64,000 nucleotides of DNA from an uncultured Gammaproteobacteria bacterium. Its GTDB lineage: Bacteria; Pseudomonadota; Gammaproteobacteria; CAISUE01. Under the pieces are notes generated by a model. That model searched no databases. It saw only the letters and a program-made list of their open reading frames with translations, and had not been told where the DNA came from. The stretch is taken from assembly GCA_903888615.1 (NCBI GenBank), contig CAISUE010000055.1:3594-67593 (forward strand). The letters run 5' to 3'. Below are positions 46,022-56,275 of this stretch, piece by piece. The position numbers and the translations under genes are program-made. Position 1 is the first letter of the stretch, and each line of letters starts with the position of its first letter.

Positions 46022-46792
46022 ATGAATGAGCAAAAAGTAGATCCTAGTGTGCAAGATGATGAATTTCAATTTGAAGACTTTGATAAATTTGAATCGCCAG
46101 ACGATGAGTCTGCTCACGTAGATCCATCTGCTGCATCTGTGGCAAACAAATTTGATACATCGCTGAGTGATAAAAAAGATCATCGTAAAATGATTGTCAT
46201 CGCCATTGTGTTAATCATTTTATTAGGTTTTGGTTTGAATAGTTTGCTTGGTCATATAGGGGGTGTCAAAATTCCTAAAGAAAATTCGCAGCTTAATGCG
46301 CCAAAGTCAGAAGAGCAAATTACGGTGGCACCGAATACGGCTTTGGTGACAGCATCAGCGCCGGTGGTTGCGCCAACACCACCGTTAGCCAGTGAAATGG
46401 AGCATTTAAATGATGTGATTTCGGCGCAGCAACAAAGCATGAGTCAGATGCAAGCCAGCATTAACGCCCTGCAAGAATCGGTCGGGGCACTGAACGGTTC
46501 TTTGACAGACCTTTCCAGTCAAATGACTGACGTGTTAAATAAAATACCGGTTAAGGCTGTCCCTCGGCCAAAGGCGGCTGTGATCACACCAGTGGCGCCA
46601 CCACGTCCGGTCTTTAGTATCAGGGCTTTGGTGCCGGGGCGTGCCTGGCTGCAATCCAATGATGGCCAATCTATTACGGTGATTGATGGTGATCAAGTCC
46701 CAGGTTACGGCTCAGTTCAAGATATTGATTTGAATGCGGGGCAAGTAGTATTGTCAGATGGCACGATTATCGGTTATAACTTAAACAGTTAA
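46022..46792 (+). CDS. icmG: Dot/Icm T4BSS protein IcmG/DotF
   Basis: Position between icmE and icmC. 256 aa (L. pneumophila about 269). It has an acidic N-terminus, a single TM (MIVIAIVLIILLGFGLNSLL) and a periplasmic C-terminal domain. Confidence 0.65.
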   Translation: MNEQKVDPSVQDDEFQFEDFDKFESPDDESAHVDPSAASVANKFDTSLSDKKDHRKMIVIAIVLIILLGFGLNSLLGHIGGVKIPKENSQLNAPKSEEQITVAPNTALVTASAPVVAPTPPLASEMEHLNDVISAQQQSMSQMQASINALQESVGALNGSLTDLSSQMTDVLNKIPVKAVPRPKAAVITPVAPPRPVFSIRALVPGRAWLQSNDGQSITVIDGDQVPGYGSVQDIDLNAGQVVLSDGTIIGYNLNS

Positions 46793-46793
46793 T

Positions 46794-47516
46794 ATGAAAT
46801 TGACGGCATTGCTATTACCCAGCAGTCATCCCTGGATACAAAACCAGTTAAAGCGTCTTTGGCTTAGTGTTTGGCGGCAAAAATCCGTGCTGTTGGCATT
46901 CTCGCCTCGCCCTGCGCGTAGCGTATTAGTAAAAGGAGTAGTGAAGCATTTAAGCCTACTGGGATTGATAACCAGCTTGGGTGGTTGCGCCGCAATTCAA
47001 AAAGGTGGTGATTTAACGCTGATGTTGAATAATTTAATGATTCAATCAATAGCTATTTTTGATCTGTTGATTGCTTTTTGTTATTTGGCTGGCGCTTGTT
47101 TTTTGGTAAAAGGGATGTATGAATTTAAAACGTATGGGGAACAACGTACGTCGATGTCACAACAAACAACGATTCGTGTTCCAATCACTCATGTGTTGGT
47201 GGGTTTGAGTTTATTGTATGCTCCTTCCATGATTAGTATCATGAGTAATTCAATCATGGGGCAGCCCACGGTTATTTTGGCTTATTTTGATCCTGCCTAC
47301 GCGGGTGCTGATGGTACTTGGGCAGAAGTAGAAACTGCCGTAGTGACATTGTTGCAAATTTGTGGCCTAGTAGCGTTTATACGAGGTTTTTTTATGCTCA
47401 GCCAGACGCAGACGGGACCCAATGGGGGGGTAGGTAAAGGCTTAACACATATATTTGCTGGGTTATTATTGTTGAATTTACCGACTTTCATGCAAATACT
47501 TTATAATAGCGCTTAA
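46794..47516 (+). CDS. icmC: Dot/Icm T4BSS inner-membrane protein IcmC/DotE
   Basis: Synteny and a polytopic membrane profile. It shares with IcmD the motif (F)LVKGMYEFKTYGEQ, compared with IFKFKAHKDN in IcmD. The alternative GTG start at 46941 would give 192 aa, close to L. pneumophila IcmC. Confidence 0.6.
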   Translation: MKLTALLLPSSHPWIQNQLKRLWLSVWRQKSVLLAFSPRPARSVLVKGVVKHLSLLGLITSLGGCAAIQKGGDLTLMLNNLMIQSIAIFDLLIAFCYLAGACFLVKGMYEFKTYGEQRTSMSQQTTIRVPITHVLVGLSLLYAPSMISIMSNSIMGQPTVILAYFDPAYAGADGTWAEVETAVVTLLQICGLVAFIRGFFMLSQTQTGPNGGVGKGLTHIFAGLLLLNLPTFMQILYNSA

Positions 47517-47592
47517 CGACTACTATAGATTAGGCTGAGGTGGTGTTGGGTAGTAGATTATTTTTTGGTTAATTTTTTTAGGATAAAGACTG

Positions 47593-47976
47593 ATGAAAAC
47601 AGGGTTAAAAAGAAGTTTTTTAAGCATAGTAGGGTTGAGTCTAGTATTTATGGGGCTGAATGCCTATGCCCAAGCCGCAGCGACCAATATCTCCGGTATG
47701 GCAGGGATGATTCAATCCACATTGACACCTCTAATTAACTTGGTTGTTGCATCGTGTTATCTTGGCGGCGCAGGGTTTTGTGCGGGTGCAATCTTTAAAT
47801 TTAAAGCTCACAAAGATAATCCAACCCAAGTGCCGATTGGTACGCCAATCATGTTGTTATTTGTCGGTGCCGGATTATTGTTCTTACCGTCAATTATTAA
47901 TATGATGGCTAATTCGTTCGGTTTGAGCGGTACATCACAGGCTTTCAACTTTACGGGTGGTTCTATTGTTCCTTAA
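47593..47976 (+). CDS. icmD: Dot/Icm T4BSS inner-membrane protein IcmD/DotP
   Basis: 127 aa with a signal/TM segment. The CYLGGAGFCAGAIFKFKAHKDNPTQVPIG motif and the position after icmC support the call. Confidence 0.7.
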   Translation: MKTGLKRSFLSIVGLSLVFMGLNAYAQAAATNISGMAGMIQSTLTPLINLVVASCYLGGAGFCAGAIFKFKAHKDNPTQVPIGTPIMLLFVGAGLLFLPSIINMMANSFGLSGTSQAFNFTGGSIVP

Positions 47977-47997
47977 TGAAAGCCTTGATTAATTCTT

Positions 47998-48642
47998 ATG
48001 CGCGACTTGTTACTGGATGCTAACTTTGAAAATTGGAAAGCTTTTTGGGGTAGGCGGCAAGACGCACGTTTTAAAGCGTTTGCGAAAAAAATTTTTGAAC
48101 GTGACCACAATACGTGCCAATACTGCGCCTTTGAAGCTAAGGCGCATTTAGAAATCATTAATCTTGATGGCAATTATCAAAATAATAAAAGCGCTAATTT
48201 GCTCACAGCTTGTCCTTTTTGTGCGCAATGTTTTTTTTTAGAATCGATCGGAGTGGGTTCTTTTGGTGGTGGCTCACTCATCTACCTGCCTGAAATGTCA
48301 CAAAGTCAATTAAATGCGCTGTGTCATGTCTTATTTGCGGCAACAGAATACCATGATAATGTCAGTGCTCAAGCGGAAAGCTTGTTGCGCGATTTAAAAT
48401 TTCGCTCTATCCCGATTGAAAAAACGTTTGGTGAAGGCATGAGTGAAGCGTCTAAATTTGGCGCTATTTTATTAAACAGTCAATTAACGATGGAAGCGCG
48501 TGACCACATTTTGAATGCAGTGCGTTTATTGCCACAAAAAACACGCTTTGCTAAAGTTATTGCGAATTGGCTAGCGCTTGCCTCCCTCGAACAAGAAACG
48601 CTTGATGACAGTTCTTTTTCCCTTCCATCGCCTATCAGTTAA
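47998..48642 (+). CDS. icmJ: Dot/Icm T4BSS cytoplasmic protein IcmJ/DotN (Cys-rich, Zn-binding)
   Basis: 214 aa (L. pneumophila 208). Cysteine pairs CQYC...CPFCAQC. Its position is between icmD and icmB. Confidence 0.75.
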   Translation: MRDLLLDANFENWKAFWGRRQDARFKAFAKKIFERDHNTCQYCAFEAKAHLEIINLDGNYQNNKSANLLTACPFCAQCFFLESIGVGSFGGGSLIYLPEMSQSQLNALCHVLFAATEYHDNVSAQAESLLRDLKFRSIPIEKTFGEGMSEASKFGAILLNSQLTMEARDHILNAVRLLPQKTRFAKVIANWLALASLEQETLDDSSFSLPSPIS

Positions 48643-48650
48643 GGGGACTT

Positions 48651-51600
48651 ATGTTAAGTTTTGTCGAAAAATTTATTGATGGTGTCGATTCTTTGGTGGC
48701 TTGGTTAAGCGCATCATTGAAGCAGACGTCAGAATCGTATTGTCAATTAGAAACAGCGGACAGTGAAACGGTTTTAGTGGCTCATGACGGTTCATTGATG
48801 TCAGTCATTCAAATCGATGGTTCAAAAGCGTTAATTGGCGCGGCGGAATTTACCGCGTTGCACGATGGCTTGACGATGGGTTTGCAAACCGGTTTGTCGA
48901 GACCAGGTCGATGTATTCAAGTTATCTTTAATTATGATAATCAGCAAGTTGCCGAAAAAATTGAAGCTATTTTTAAACCAGCTCGTGAAACAGCCACTAA
49001 TATTCAGTTAGAACTCAACGATTTATTTGATGAACGGGTTAAATATTTAAGCCGTTACTGCGCTGATGAAGAAGTTTATTTGGTTTTATGGACGAAGCCT
49101 GCGCTCTTGACTAAAGAACAATTAGATCAAGCGATGAAAACGAAAGCTAAGGTGTTGAAAGAAACGAAATTGCCGCTGATTAAACGCAGTCAAAATATTT
49201 TTGCTGCGATCAGTGATTTACGTGATCCGCATGATTCGTTTGTCAGATCGGTATTAAATGATTTAACGGCTATGGATGTGCGCGCCAATTTGATGAATAC
49301 GCACGATTCTGTTTTTGCAATGCGAAAATTAGCTGATCCAGATTTTACCAGTGCACAATGGGAAGCTTCCTTACCTGGTGATCGCGTGCCCTTGAAAACT
49401 TATGTTAATGCTGATCAAGATGTTTCCGATCTTTTTTGGCCATCGCTGTCACGACAAATATTACCGCGTGATGCTGAAGTTAAAGATTTGCGGACTGTCC
49501 GTGTGGGTGATCGGATTTATTCGTGTGTCTTCATCGATTTATTTCCCAAAGATATCAAAAATTTTAATCAATTATTCCAGCGGACGCTCGCGACGCGTAT
49601 TCCTTGGCGTATTTCTTTTTTAGCAGAAAGTGACGGACTTAAAACGATTGGTTTTAAATCGTTGTTAGCGTCTATTTTAAGTTTTTCATCAGAACAAAAT
49701 AAACTATTAAGCGATGCGCGTAATTTATTGAGTTATATCGCTGTTAATACCGATGATGCGATTGTTAAATTGCAAGTGACAGCGACTGTTTGGGCGCCAG
49801 CGGATAATTTACCGCTCTTGCGAATAAGAACCGCCGAATTAGCCAAAGCGATTGAAGGTTGGGGTTCTTGTGATATTTCTGAAATATCAGGTGATCCTTA
49901 TGCCGGCTATGTTTCGAGTTTGATGGGTGTTTCTAATGAAAGTGTGGCGACAGCAGCGGTGGCCCCCCTTGCTGACGTGGTTTATATGCTACCGTTTACC
50001 AGGCCTGCCTCTCCGTGGGAACAAGGTGCGCTATTATTGCGCTCACCGGATGGTAAATTATGGCCGTTTCAACCAGGTTCTTCTGCACAGACCACGTGGA
50101 TCGATTTGATTTACGCGCGTCCAGGTTCGGGTAAGTCTGTGTTATCCAATACGATTAATTTAGCCTTGTGTCTATCGGGGGGGTTAAAGCGCTTGCCACG
50201 GATTGCCATTGTGGATATTGGCCCTTCGAGTAGTGGTTTGATTTCATTATTGAAAGAAGCATTACCGATCGAAAAACAACATTTTGTCAGTTATCAACGC
50301 TTAAGAATGACCCCTGATTATTCGATCAACCCTTTCGATACCCAGTTGGGTTGCCGGTTTCCCACCGCCCAAGATCGCAGTTTTTTGGTTAACTTTATCA
50401 CATTGTTAGCCACACCTTTAGGTTCGACTAGGCCATACGATGGTATCGGCGATATGGTGGGTTTGATCGTCGATGAATTGTATAAAAATTTAGCCGATGC
50501 GAATAAACCCTATATTTATACGCCTAATATTGAACCCGTTGTTGATGCTATTTTAGAAGAAATCGGTTTCATGAAAGACAATAAATCGACCTGGTGGGAA
50601 GTGACCGATGCGCTGTTTATGGCAGGTTTTCACCACGAAGCGATGTTAGCGCAACGTTATGCCATGCCACTTTTGGCTGATGCGACGTCGATTTGTCGAT
50701 CAACCACGATTGAAGATTTGTATGGCAAAGTTATTGCACCTACCGGTGAAACTTTGGTCGCCGCCTTTGCTCGTATGATTTCCAGTGCGGTTCGAGAATA
50801 CCCGGTATTGTCACGCGTTACCAAGTTTGATTTAGGCGATGCCAGGATTGTGTCTTTGGATTTGGATGAAGTCGCTAAGAGTGGTGGGGAAGCAGCGGAT
50901 CGGCAAACCGCCGTGATGTATATGTTAGCGCGCTATATTTTAGCACGGCATTTTTATTTGACTGAAGATGTCGTGGCGGATATGCCAGAAATTTATCAGC
51001 CTTATCATTATGTGCGCGCTGCTGAATTGCGTGAAGATCATAAACGCATTGTGTTTGATGAATTTCATCGGACTTCAAAAGCCAGTGCGGTGCGTGATCA
51101 AGTGATCGTTGATATGCGCGAAGGGCGCAAATGGAAAGTGCAAATTGCGTTATTGTCGCAATCGCTTGACGATTTTGATGAAGTGATGATTGAATTTGCC
51201 ACAGCGATTTATATTATGGATGCTGGTCCCGCGCAAATGTTAGAAAAATCTGTCAAAGTCTTTGGGCTTTCGCCAACGGCTAAATTAGCGTTGCGGACGC
51301 GCGTTCATGGGCCACGGGCTGGCGGCGCTACCTTTTTAGCGCAGTTTTATACTAAGGAAGGTTTGCATACCCAGTTATTAACGTTAACGCTGGGTCCTAT
51401 TGAATTATGGGCTTTTAGTACCACCGTAGAAGATGCTTTGGTGCGCAATTCGTTGTACAAAGCCATAGGGCCTACCGAAGCGAGAAGGGTGTTAGCGACC
51501 TTATTCTCCTCTGGTTCAGTAGTCAGCGTGCTCGAAAAACGCCTTAACCGTGTGAAAGAAGAAAAAGGCTTGATCAGCGCCAATGACAATGCGTCAGAAA

Positions 51601-51671
51601 TTGAAAAATTGACATCTGAAATTATTCGCGAATACAAAGCTAACCCCAATGTTAAATTTTTAGCCAAATAA
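48651..51671 (+). CDS. icmB: Dot/Icm T4BSS ATPase IcmB/DotO (VirB4-like)
   Basis: 1006 aa (L. pneumophila about 1009). Walker A RPGSGKSV. It is the last gene of the conserved icmK-to-icmB block. Confidence 0.9.
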   Translation: MLSFVEKFIDGVDSLVAWLSASLKQTSESYCQLETADSETVLVAHDGSLMSVIQIDGSKALIGAAEFTALHDGLTMGLQTGLSRPGRCIQVIFNYDNQQVAEKIEAIFKPARETATNIQLELNDLFDERVKYLSRYCADEEVYLVLWTKPALLTKEQLDQAMKTKAKVLKETKLPLIKRSQNIFAAISDLRDPHDSFVRSVLNDLTAMDVRANLMNTHDSVFAMRKLADPDFTSAQWEASLPGDRVPLKTYVNADQDVSDLFWPSLSRQILPRDAEVKDLRTVRVGDRIYSCVFIDLFPKDIKNFNQLFQRTLATRIPWRISFLAESDGLKTIGFKSLLASILSFSSEQNKLLSDARNLLSYIAVNTDDAIVKLQVTATVWAPADNLPLLRIRTAELAKAIEGWGSCDISEISGDPYAGYVSSLMGVSNESVATAAVAPLADVVYMLPFTRPASPWEQGALLLRSPDGKLWPFQPGSSAQTTWIDLIYARPGSGKSVLSNTINLALCLSGGLKRLPRIAIVDIGPSSSGLISLLKEALPIEKQHFVSYQRLRMTPDYSINPFDTQLGCRFPTAQDRSFLVNFITLLATPLGSTRPYDGIGDMVGLIVDELYKNLADANKPYIYTPNIEPVVDAILEEIGFMKDNKSTWWEVTDALFMAGFHHEAMLAQRYAMPLLADATSICRSTTIEDLYGKVIAPTGETLVAAFARMISSAVREYPVLSRVTKFDLGDARIVSLDLDEVAKSGGEAADRQTAVMYMLARYILARHFYLTEDVVADMPEIYQPYHYVRAAELREDHKRIVFDEFHRTSKASAVRDQVIVDMREGRKWKVQIALLSQSLDDFDEVMIEFATAIYIMDAGPAQMLEKSVKVFGLSPTAKLALRTRVHGPRAGGATFLAQFYTKEGLHTQLLTLTLGPIELWAFSTTVEDALVRNSLYKAIGPTEARRVLATLFSSGSVVSVLEKRLNRVKEEKGLISANDNASEIEKLTSEIIREYKANPNVKFLAK

Positions 51672-51679
51672 GGTTTTTC

Positions 51680-52663
51680 ATGTTAAAAAAATTATCCGTT
51701 ATCGTAATGATTACTGCCTTAAGTGGCTGTGCGTCGACTCAAGCACCACTTGCTGGCGATAGCGATTTTGTTAGTACGCGACAAACAGCCCGGTTTGTTG
51801 AAAATGCCCAATTACAATTTGGTTTAAATCCCACGATGGTAGAAGCGTCTTTGGCACAAGCTGTCTATCAGCCCAAGATTATCAGTTTGATGAATCGTAA
51901 ATTTGAAGCGCAACCGTGGGCAATTTATCAAACGCATATGTTGACTTTAAACAGAATTTCGCAAGGTAAAGTTTTCGCGGCAACAAATAGAGGCATTTTA
52001 GCGCAAGCGCAAAGTACTTATGGGGTGCCGGCAGCCACGGTGGTTGCTATCATTGGCGTAGAAACGCTGTATGGAGAAAATCAAGGCAATTATCGCGTTT
52101 TGGATGCTTTAGCGACCTTAAGTTTTGCTTATCCTAAGCGGGCGGCGTTTTTTCAAAGTGAATTAGCTAATTATTTAGTCTTGTGTCAAAAAAATCATTG
52201 GGATGTTGGTCAATTGAAAGGGTCTTATGCCGGTGCGTTTGGCATTGGGCAATTTATGCCGAGTAGTTATCGTCAGTATGCGGTGAGTGCCACTGAACAA
52301 AGTCCTGATATCAGTACTAAACCGAAAGATGCCATTTTAAGTGTTGCACATTATTTTGCTGGTCACGGTTGGATTAAGGGTCAACCGATTGCGATTTCGG
52401 TAAAATGGCCTACCGCAAAAATGCTTCCCGCATTACCCAAAATGACACAGCCCAAACATGATTTACGCTATTGGCAAGCAGAAGGTGTGGTTTTGCCGAG
52501 TTATTTGACAGATTTAGCGATGAAAGCAGAAGTTGTGGTTGAAAAGGGAGCATCCGGTCAGCAACAAGCGTGGTTGATTTTTCATAATTTTTATGTGATT
52601 GCTCGCTATAACCCCAGTCTCAATTACTCACTAGCCGTGTTTTGCTTAAGTGAAAAGTTATGA
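51680..52663 (+). CDS. mltB: Lytic murein transglycosylase B-family lipoprotein
   Basis: Lipobox ALSGC. MltB/SLT-2 motifs are present (IIGVETLYGENQGNY, GSYAGAFGIGQFMPSSY). It starts 8 nt after the icmB stop. Confidence 0.85.
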   Translation: MLKKLSVIVMITALSGCASTQAPLAGDSDFVSTRQTARFVENAQLQFGLNPTMVEASLAQAVYQPKIISLMNRKFEAQPWAIYQTHMLTLNRISQGKVFAATNRGILAQAQSTYGVPAATVVAIIGVETLYGENQGNYRVLDALATLSFAYPKRAAFFQSELANYLVLCQKNHWDVGQLKGSYAGAFGIGQFMPSSYRQYAVSATEQSPDISTKPKDAILSVAHYFAGHGWIKGQPIAISVKWPTAKMLPALPKMTQPKHDLRYWQAEGVVLPSYLTDLAMKAEVVVEKGASGQQQAWLIFHNFYVIARYNPSLNYSLAVFCLSEKL

Positions 52664-53979
52664 AGTATTGTTTGCCAGTGCCGCACTTAGCTTTGCCAGA
52701 ATCTTCACCTCATCAAGCTTTGAATCAACATTTTTTGACTAAACAAACAGAAATTGAACACTGGTTTCAAAAACAGTGGCGCTTAACGCCGCCGCCCTTT
52801 TATACGTCGGTCGATTTGCGCAATTCGGGCTTTAAATTAGCTCCTGTCGACACTAATTTATTTCCAGCCGGTTTTAATAATTTAAATCCAGCCTTTATGT
52901 CTTTGTGTGTTCAAGCAGCACAGGCGACATTAAAGCAATTTTTCCCGGGTTGTAGGCGGATTTTATTGATCCCAGAGAATCATACCCGTAGTCATTTTTA
53001 TTTTGAAAGTTTAGCGCGTTTACAGCAAATTTTACTTAATGCGGGTTTTGACGTGCAAATTGGCGCGTGGCGTGAAAGTTTGCAAAGCCCTGAAACGATT
53101 CATTTACATAATGATGGTATTTTACGCATTCAACCTTTATCGAAAAAGGATGGACAACTCGGCGTTGATGATTTTTGGCCTTGTTTAGTGCTATTGAATA
53201 ACGATTTATCCGAAGGTAAGCCAGATTTTTTCAATGACCTTAAACAACACGTGATTCCTTTACCTGATTTAGGTTGGTTTCAGCGAACCAAGTCGCAACA
53301 TTTTTCTTATTACCAACACATTGTTGAGACTTTTGCTGAAGTGATGGCATTAGATCCCTGGTTATTAGCCGCTGAATTTAGCACGGTGCCACAGGTGGAT
53401 TTCATGAGTGGTAAAGGTGAAGCGGAATTGGTAGCAGCCGTCGAGCAATTATTAAGCACTATCCAACAAAAATATGACCATTATGGTATCAAGCAAGCAC
53501 CTTATGTGGTGGTGAAAGCCGATTCAGGTACGTATGGCATGGGTATCATGACAGTGAAAAGTGGGATGGAATTGATGGATTTGAACCGTAAACAACGCAC
53601 GCGGATGGCGGCCACCAAGGGTCACAAAATTACCCAAGTGATCGTTCAAGAAGGTGTTTATAGCTTTGAAAAAGTAGGGGGTGGTGTTGCTGAACCGGTT
53701 GTTTATCTGATTGGCAGTTATGTGGTCGGTGGTTTTTACCGGGTTCATGATCAACGCGGACCTACGGAAAATTTAAATGCTCCGGGTATGCATTTTACAC
53801 CGTTGATGTTTGCTGAATCGGGTGGTAATCTGGATGAAACGTTAATTCCAGAAGCCAGCCCCAATTTATTTTACGCCTATGGCGTCATCGCACGTTTAGC
53901 AGCATTAGCAGCCGCTCATGAAGCGATATCCACCAATAAATCCCCTTCATTGACGATCGATCCGACTATCCCTAAATAG
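52660..53979 (+). CDS. gshA: Glutamate--cysteine ligase, ATP-grasp-like 'T. ferrooxidans-type' GshA family
   Basis: PFYTSVDLRNSGFKLAPVDTNLFPAGFNNL and VVVKADSGTYGMGIMTV match my memory of the PF08886/TIGR02049 family. ATGA overlap with mltB. This call needs HMM confirmation. Confidence 0.6.
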   Translation: MKYCLPVPHLALPESSPHQALNQHFLTKQTEIEHWFQKQWRLTPPPFYTSVDLRNSGFKLAPVDTNLFPAGFNNLNPAFMSLCVQAAQATLKQFFPGCRRILLIPENHTRSHFYFESLARLQQILLNAGFDVQIGAWRESLQSPETIHLHNDGILRIQPLSKKDGQLGVDDFWPCLVLLNNDLSEGKPDFFNDLKQHVIPLPDLGWFQRTKSQHFSYYQHIVETFAEVMALDPWLLAAEFSTVPQVDFMSGKGEAELVAAVEQLLSTIQQKYDHYGIKQAPYVVVKADSGTYGMGIMTVKSGMELMDLNRKQRTRMAATKGHKITQVIVQEGVYSFEKVGGGVAEPVVYLIGSYVVGGFYRVHDQRGPTENLNAPGMHFTPLMFAESGGNLDETLIPEASPNLFYAYGVIARLAALAAAHEAISTNKSPSLTIDPTIPK

Positions 53980-55907
53980 CCTTTAAGAATCCCGGCTTTG
54001 GGCGCACGAATGGTGTGTTCCATTTTCATCGCTTCCATGATCAATAACGGTTGATCAGCGACGATAGCTTGATCGATATCACACAATAAAGCGATGATTT
54101 TTCCCGGCATGGGTGCTAATAATTGATTTTCATTAGTGAGCATTTTTTCAATCGCTTGGAAACGTGGCACGCGAGAGAAAGGATAAGCTTGGTTTTGATA
54201 AAGGAAGATTAATTCAGCTTTATGACTTAATAAGGCAACTTGCAGGCATTGTTCATCTAACGCATGGGCCTCTATCAGAGCATTAAAGCGTAATTGCAGG
54301 TGATTTTCAGTTTGCTGCCAAGCGTGCAATTGGTAATGCTGCGTGCCATTTATGCTGATCGCCCAGCCAGGGTTATCGGCGGTGGCTATGATCGTATAAG
54401 GTTTATCCTGCCACGTATAGTCCCAGGTATGGCGGGTTGTTAAACCATTTTGCCAACCTTTAACGGTTTGCCAAGGGTCACTGTTTGAAATAAGGGCTAA
54501 CCGCGTTAATTCAACAGCCGCTATCGCGAGCAATAGCGGAGTTGGCACTTCGTTAAGGGCATGTAACTCGGCTTGATGCTGTTCAATAAAATGGGTCGTG
54601 ATGTGGGCTGTTTGAAATGCGGGTAGATTCACTAAGCGATTTAAAAAATTAAGATTGGTTTTTAAGCCGGCAATAGTGCAATGCTTCAGCGCCTGTTGTA
54701 TGGCTTGACAGGCTATGGCGCGTGTTTGACCAAAGCAAATCAATTTGGCTAACATCGGATCATAAAAAATACCGATTTTATCACCTTGTTGAATGCCACT
54801 GTCGAGCCGTACGTGTAACGATAATGGCGGTAATAGCATAGCTTCGATGGTACCGGTGCTTGGTAAAAACCCATGGTCAGCATCTTCAGCATACAGTCGC
54901 ACTTCGATCGCATGACCTTGAAGGCTTAATTCTGCTTGGGTTAAGGGTAGCGCTAAGCCAGATGCGACGGTTAATTGCCAACTCACCAAATCTTGACCGG
55001 TGATCGCTTCGGTAACAGGATGCTCGACTTGTAAGCGGGTATTCATTTCCATGAAATAAAAGTGTTCTTGATCATACAAAAATTCAATCGTGCCAGCGCC
55101 GATGTAATTAACCGATTGTGCAGCGCGGATTGCCATGGCTCCCATTTCAGATCGCATTTGGGTTGATAAATGCATGGCAGGTGCTTCTTCAATAATTTTT
55201 TGATGGCGCCGTTGGATCGAGCAATCGCGTTCAAAAAGATGTATGCAATTGCCGTGTTGATCGGCAAAAATTTGCACTTCAATATGACGTGGTGCGGTCA
55301 AATATTTTTCGAGTAAGACATCGTCAGAACCAAAAGCCGTTTTCGCGACCCGTTTGCACTCTGCTAATCCATCAAGAAAATCTTCGCTGCGATAAACGGT
55401 GCGCATGCCTTTGCCACCGCCGCCAGCAGAAGCTTTGATCAAAACCGGAAAGCCAATTTTTTGTGCTTCGGTTAATAATACATCGGCTGATTGCTCGCCA
55501 CCATGATAACCGGGTAATAATGGAATTCCTGCCGCTGCCATTAATTGCTTGGCAGCGATTTTACTACCCATGGCACGAATCGCTGCACTGGGTGCACCGA
55601 TGAAAATAATGGCTTGTTGTTCACACGCTTCAGCAAAATCGGCATTTTCAGAGAGGAAACCATAACCGGGATGGATCGCTTCACTATGACTGCGTTTAGC
55701 GATGCGTAAAATAGCTTGTTGATTTAAATAACTTAAACGGGCTTCAGAAGGCCCTACCCAATAGGCTTCATCGGCTAATTTGACATGCAGTGCATTCGTA
55801 TCTTCGGTTGAATAAATAGCAACGCATTGAATGCCCATTTTTTGCGCCGTGCGCATGATGCGACAAGCGATTTCGCCACGATTAGCGATAAGTATTTTTT
55901 TGAACAT
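53916..55907 (-). CDS. Biotin-dependent acyl-CoA carboxylase alpha subunit (biotin carboxylase + BCCP; methylcrotonyl-CoA carboxylase-like)
   Basis: MFKKILIANRGEIACRI N-terminus. ATP-grasp biotin carboxylase motifs are present, and the C-terminal biotinylation site is EAMKMEH. No carboxyltransferase partner is in the window. Confidence 0.85.
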   Translation of the reverse strand: MFKKILIANRGEIACRIMRTAQKMGIQCVAIYSTEDTNALHVKLADEAYWVGPSEARLSYLNQQAILRIAKRSHSEAIHPGYGFLSENADFAEACEQQAIIFIGAPSAAIRAMGSKIAAKQLMAAAGIPLLPGYHGGEQSADVLLTEAQKIGFPVLIKASAGGGGKGMRTVYRSEDFLDGLAECKRVAKTAFGSDDVLLEKYLTAPRHIEVQIFADQHGNCIHLFERDCSIQRRHQKIIEEAPAMHLSTQMRSEMGAMAIRAAQSVNYIGAGTIEFLYDQEHFYFMEMNTRLQVEHPVTEAITGQDLVSWQLTVASGLALPLTQAELSLQGHAIEVRLYAEDADHGFLPSTGTIEAMLLPPLSLHVRLDSGIQQGDKIGIFYDPMLAKLICFGQTRAIACQAIQQALKHCTIAGLKTNLNFLNRLVNLPAFQTAHITTHFIEQHQAELHALNEVPTPLLLAIAAVELTRLALISNSDPWQTVKGWQNGLTTRHTWDYTWQDKPYTIIATADNPGWAISINGTQHYQLHAWQQTENHLQLRFNALIEAHALDEQCLQVALLSHKAELIFLYQNQAYPFSRVPRFQAIEKMLTNENQLLAPMPGKIIALLCDIDQAIVADQPLLIMEAMKMEHTIRAPKAGILKGYLGIVGSIVNEGDLLVDIAS

Positions 55908-56053
55908 AAGAGTAATCGATGGTGAAAGCATGGATTATATAGCGTTTGCGGTGGGGTGTATGGAAAAAATTTAATGCGGTTGCTATTTTTTGAAAAAGGA
56001 GTGAGAATCAGCCTCGAGCTAAGGATTTACTTAATTTAATAAGGATAGAGTGT

Positions 56054-56272
56054 ATGATTAAACGCGGGTTGATGATAATAACAATGGTGTTAAGTTTGGT
56101 AGCCCCAGCAGTAACAGTGTTTGCTGCAAGCTCAAAAATCATGTCGGTTTTTGATTCAAGTGAGACTATAAAAACGTCATCAAATGTACAGGCATCATCC
56201 TCTTCTAATAGAGCCACACCAAGATCTTCGGGTAATTCTTATATTGCATCGGCGCCGACAGACAAGCTTTAA
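56054..56272 (+). CDS. Small Ser-rich secreted peptide (hypothetical)
   Basis: 72 aa with a clear signal peptide (MIKRGLMIITMVLSLVAPAVTVFA). There is no homology basis, so it may not be expressed. Confidence 0.3.
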   Translation: MIKRGLMIITMVLSLVAPAVTVFAASSKIMSVFDSSETIKTSSNVQASSSSNRATPRSSGNSYIASAPTDKL

Positions 56273-56275
56273 TCG

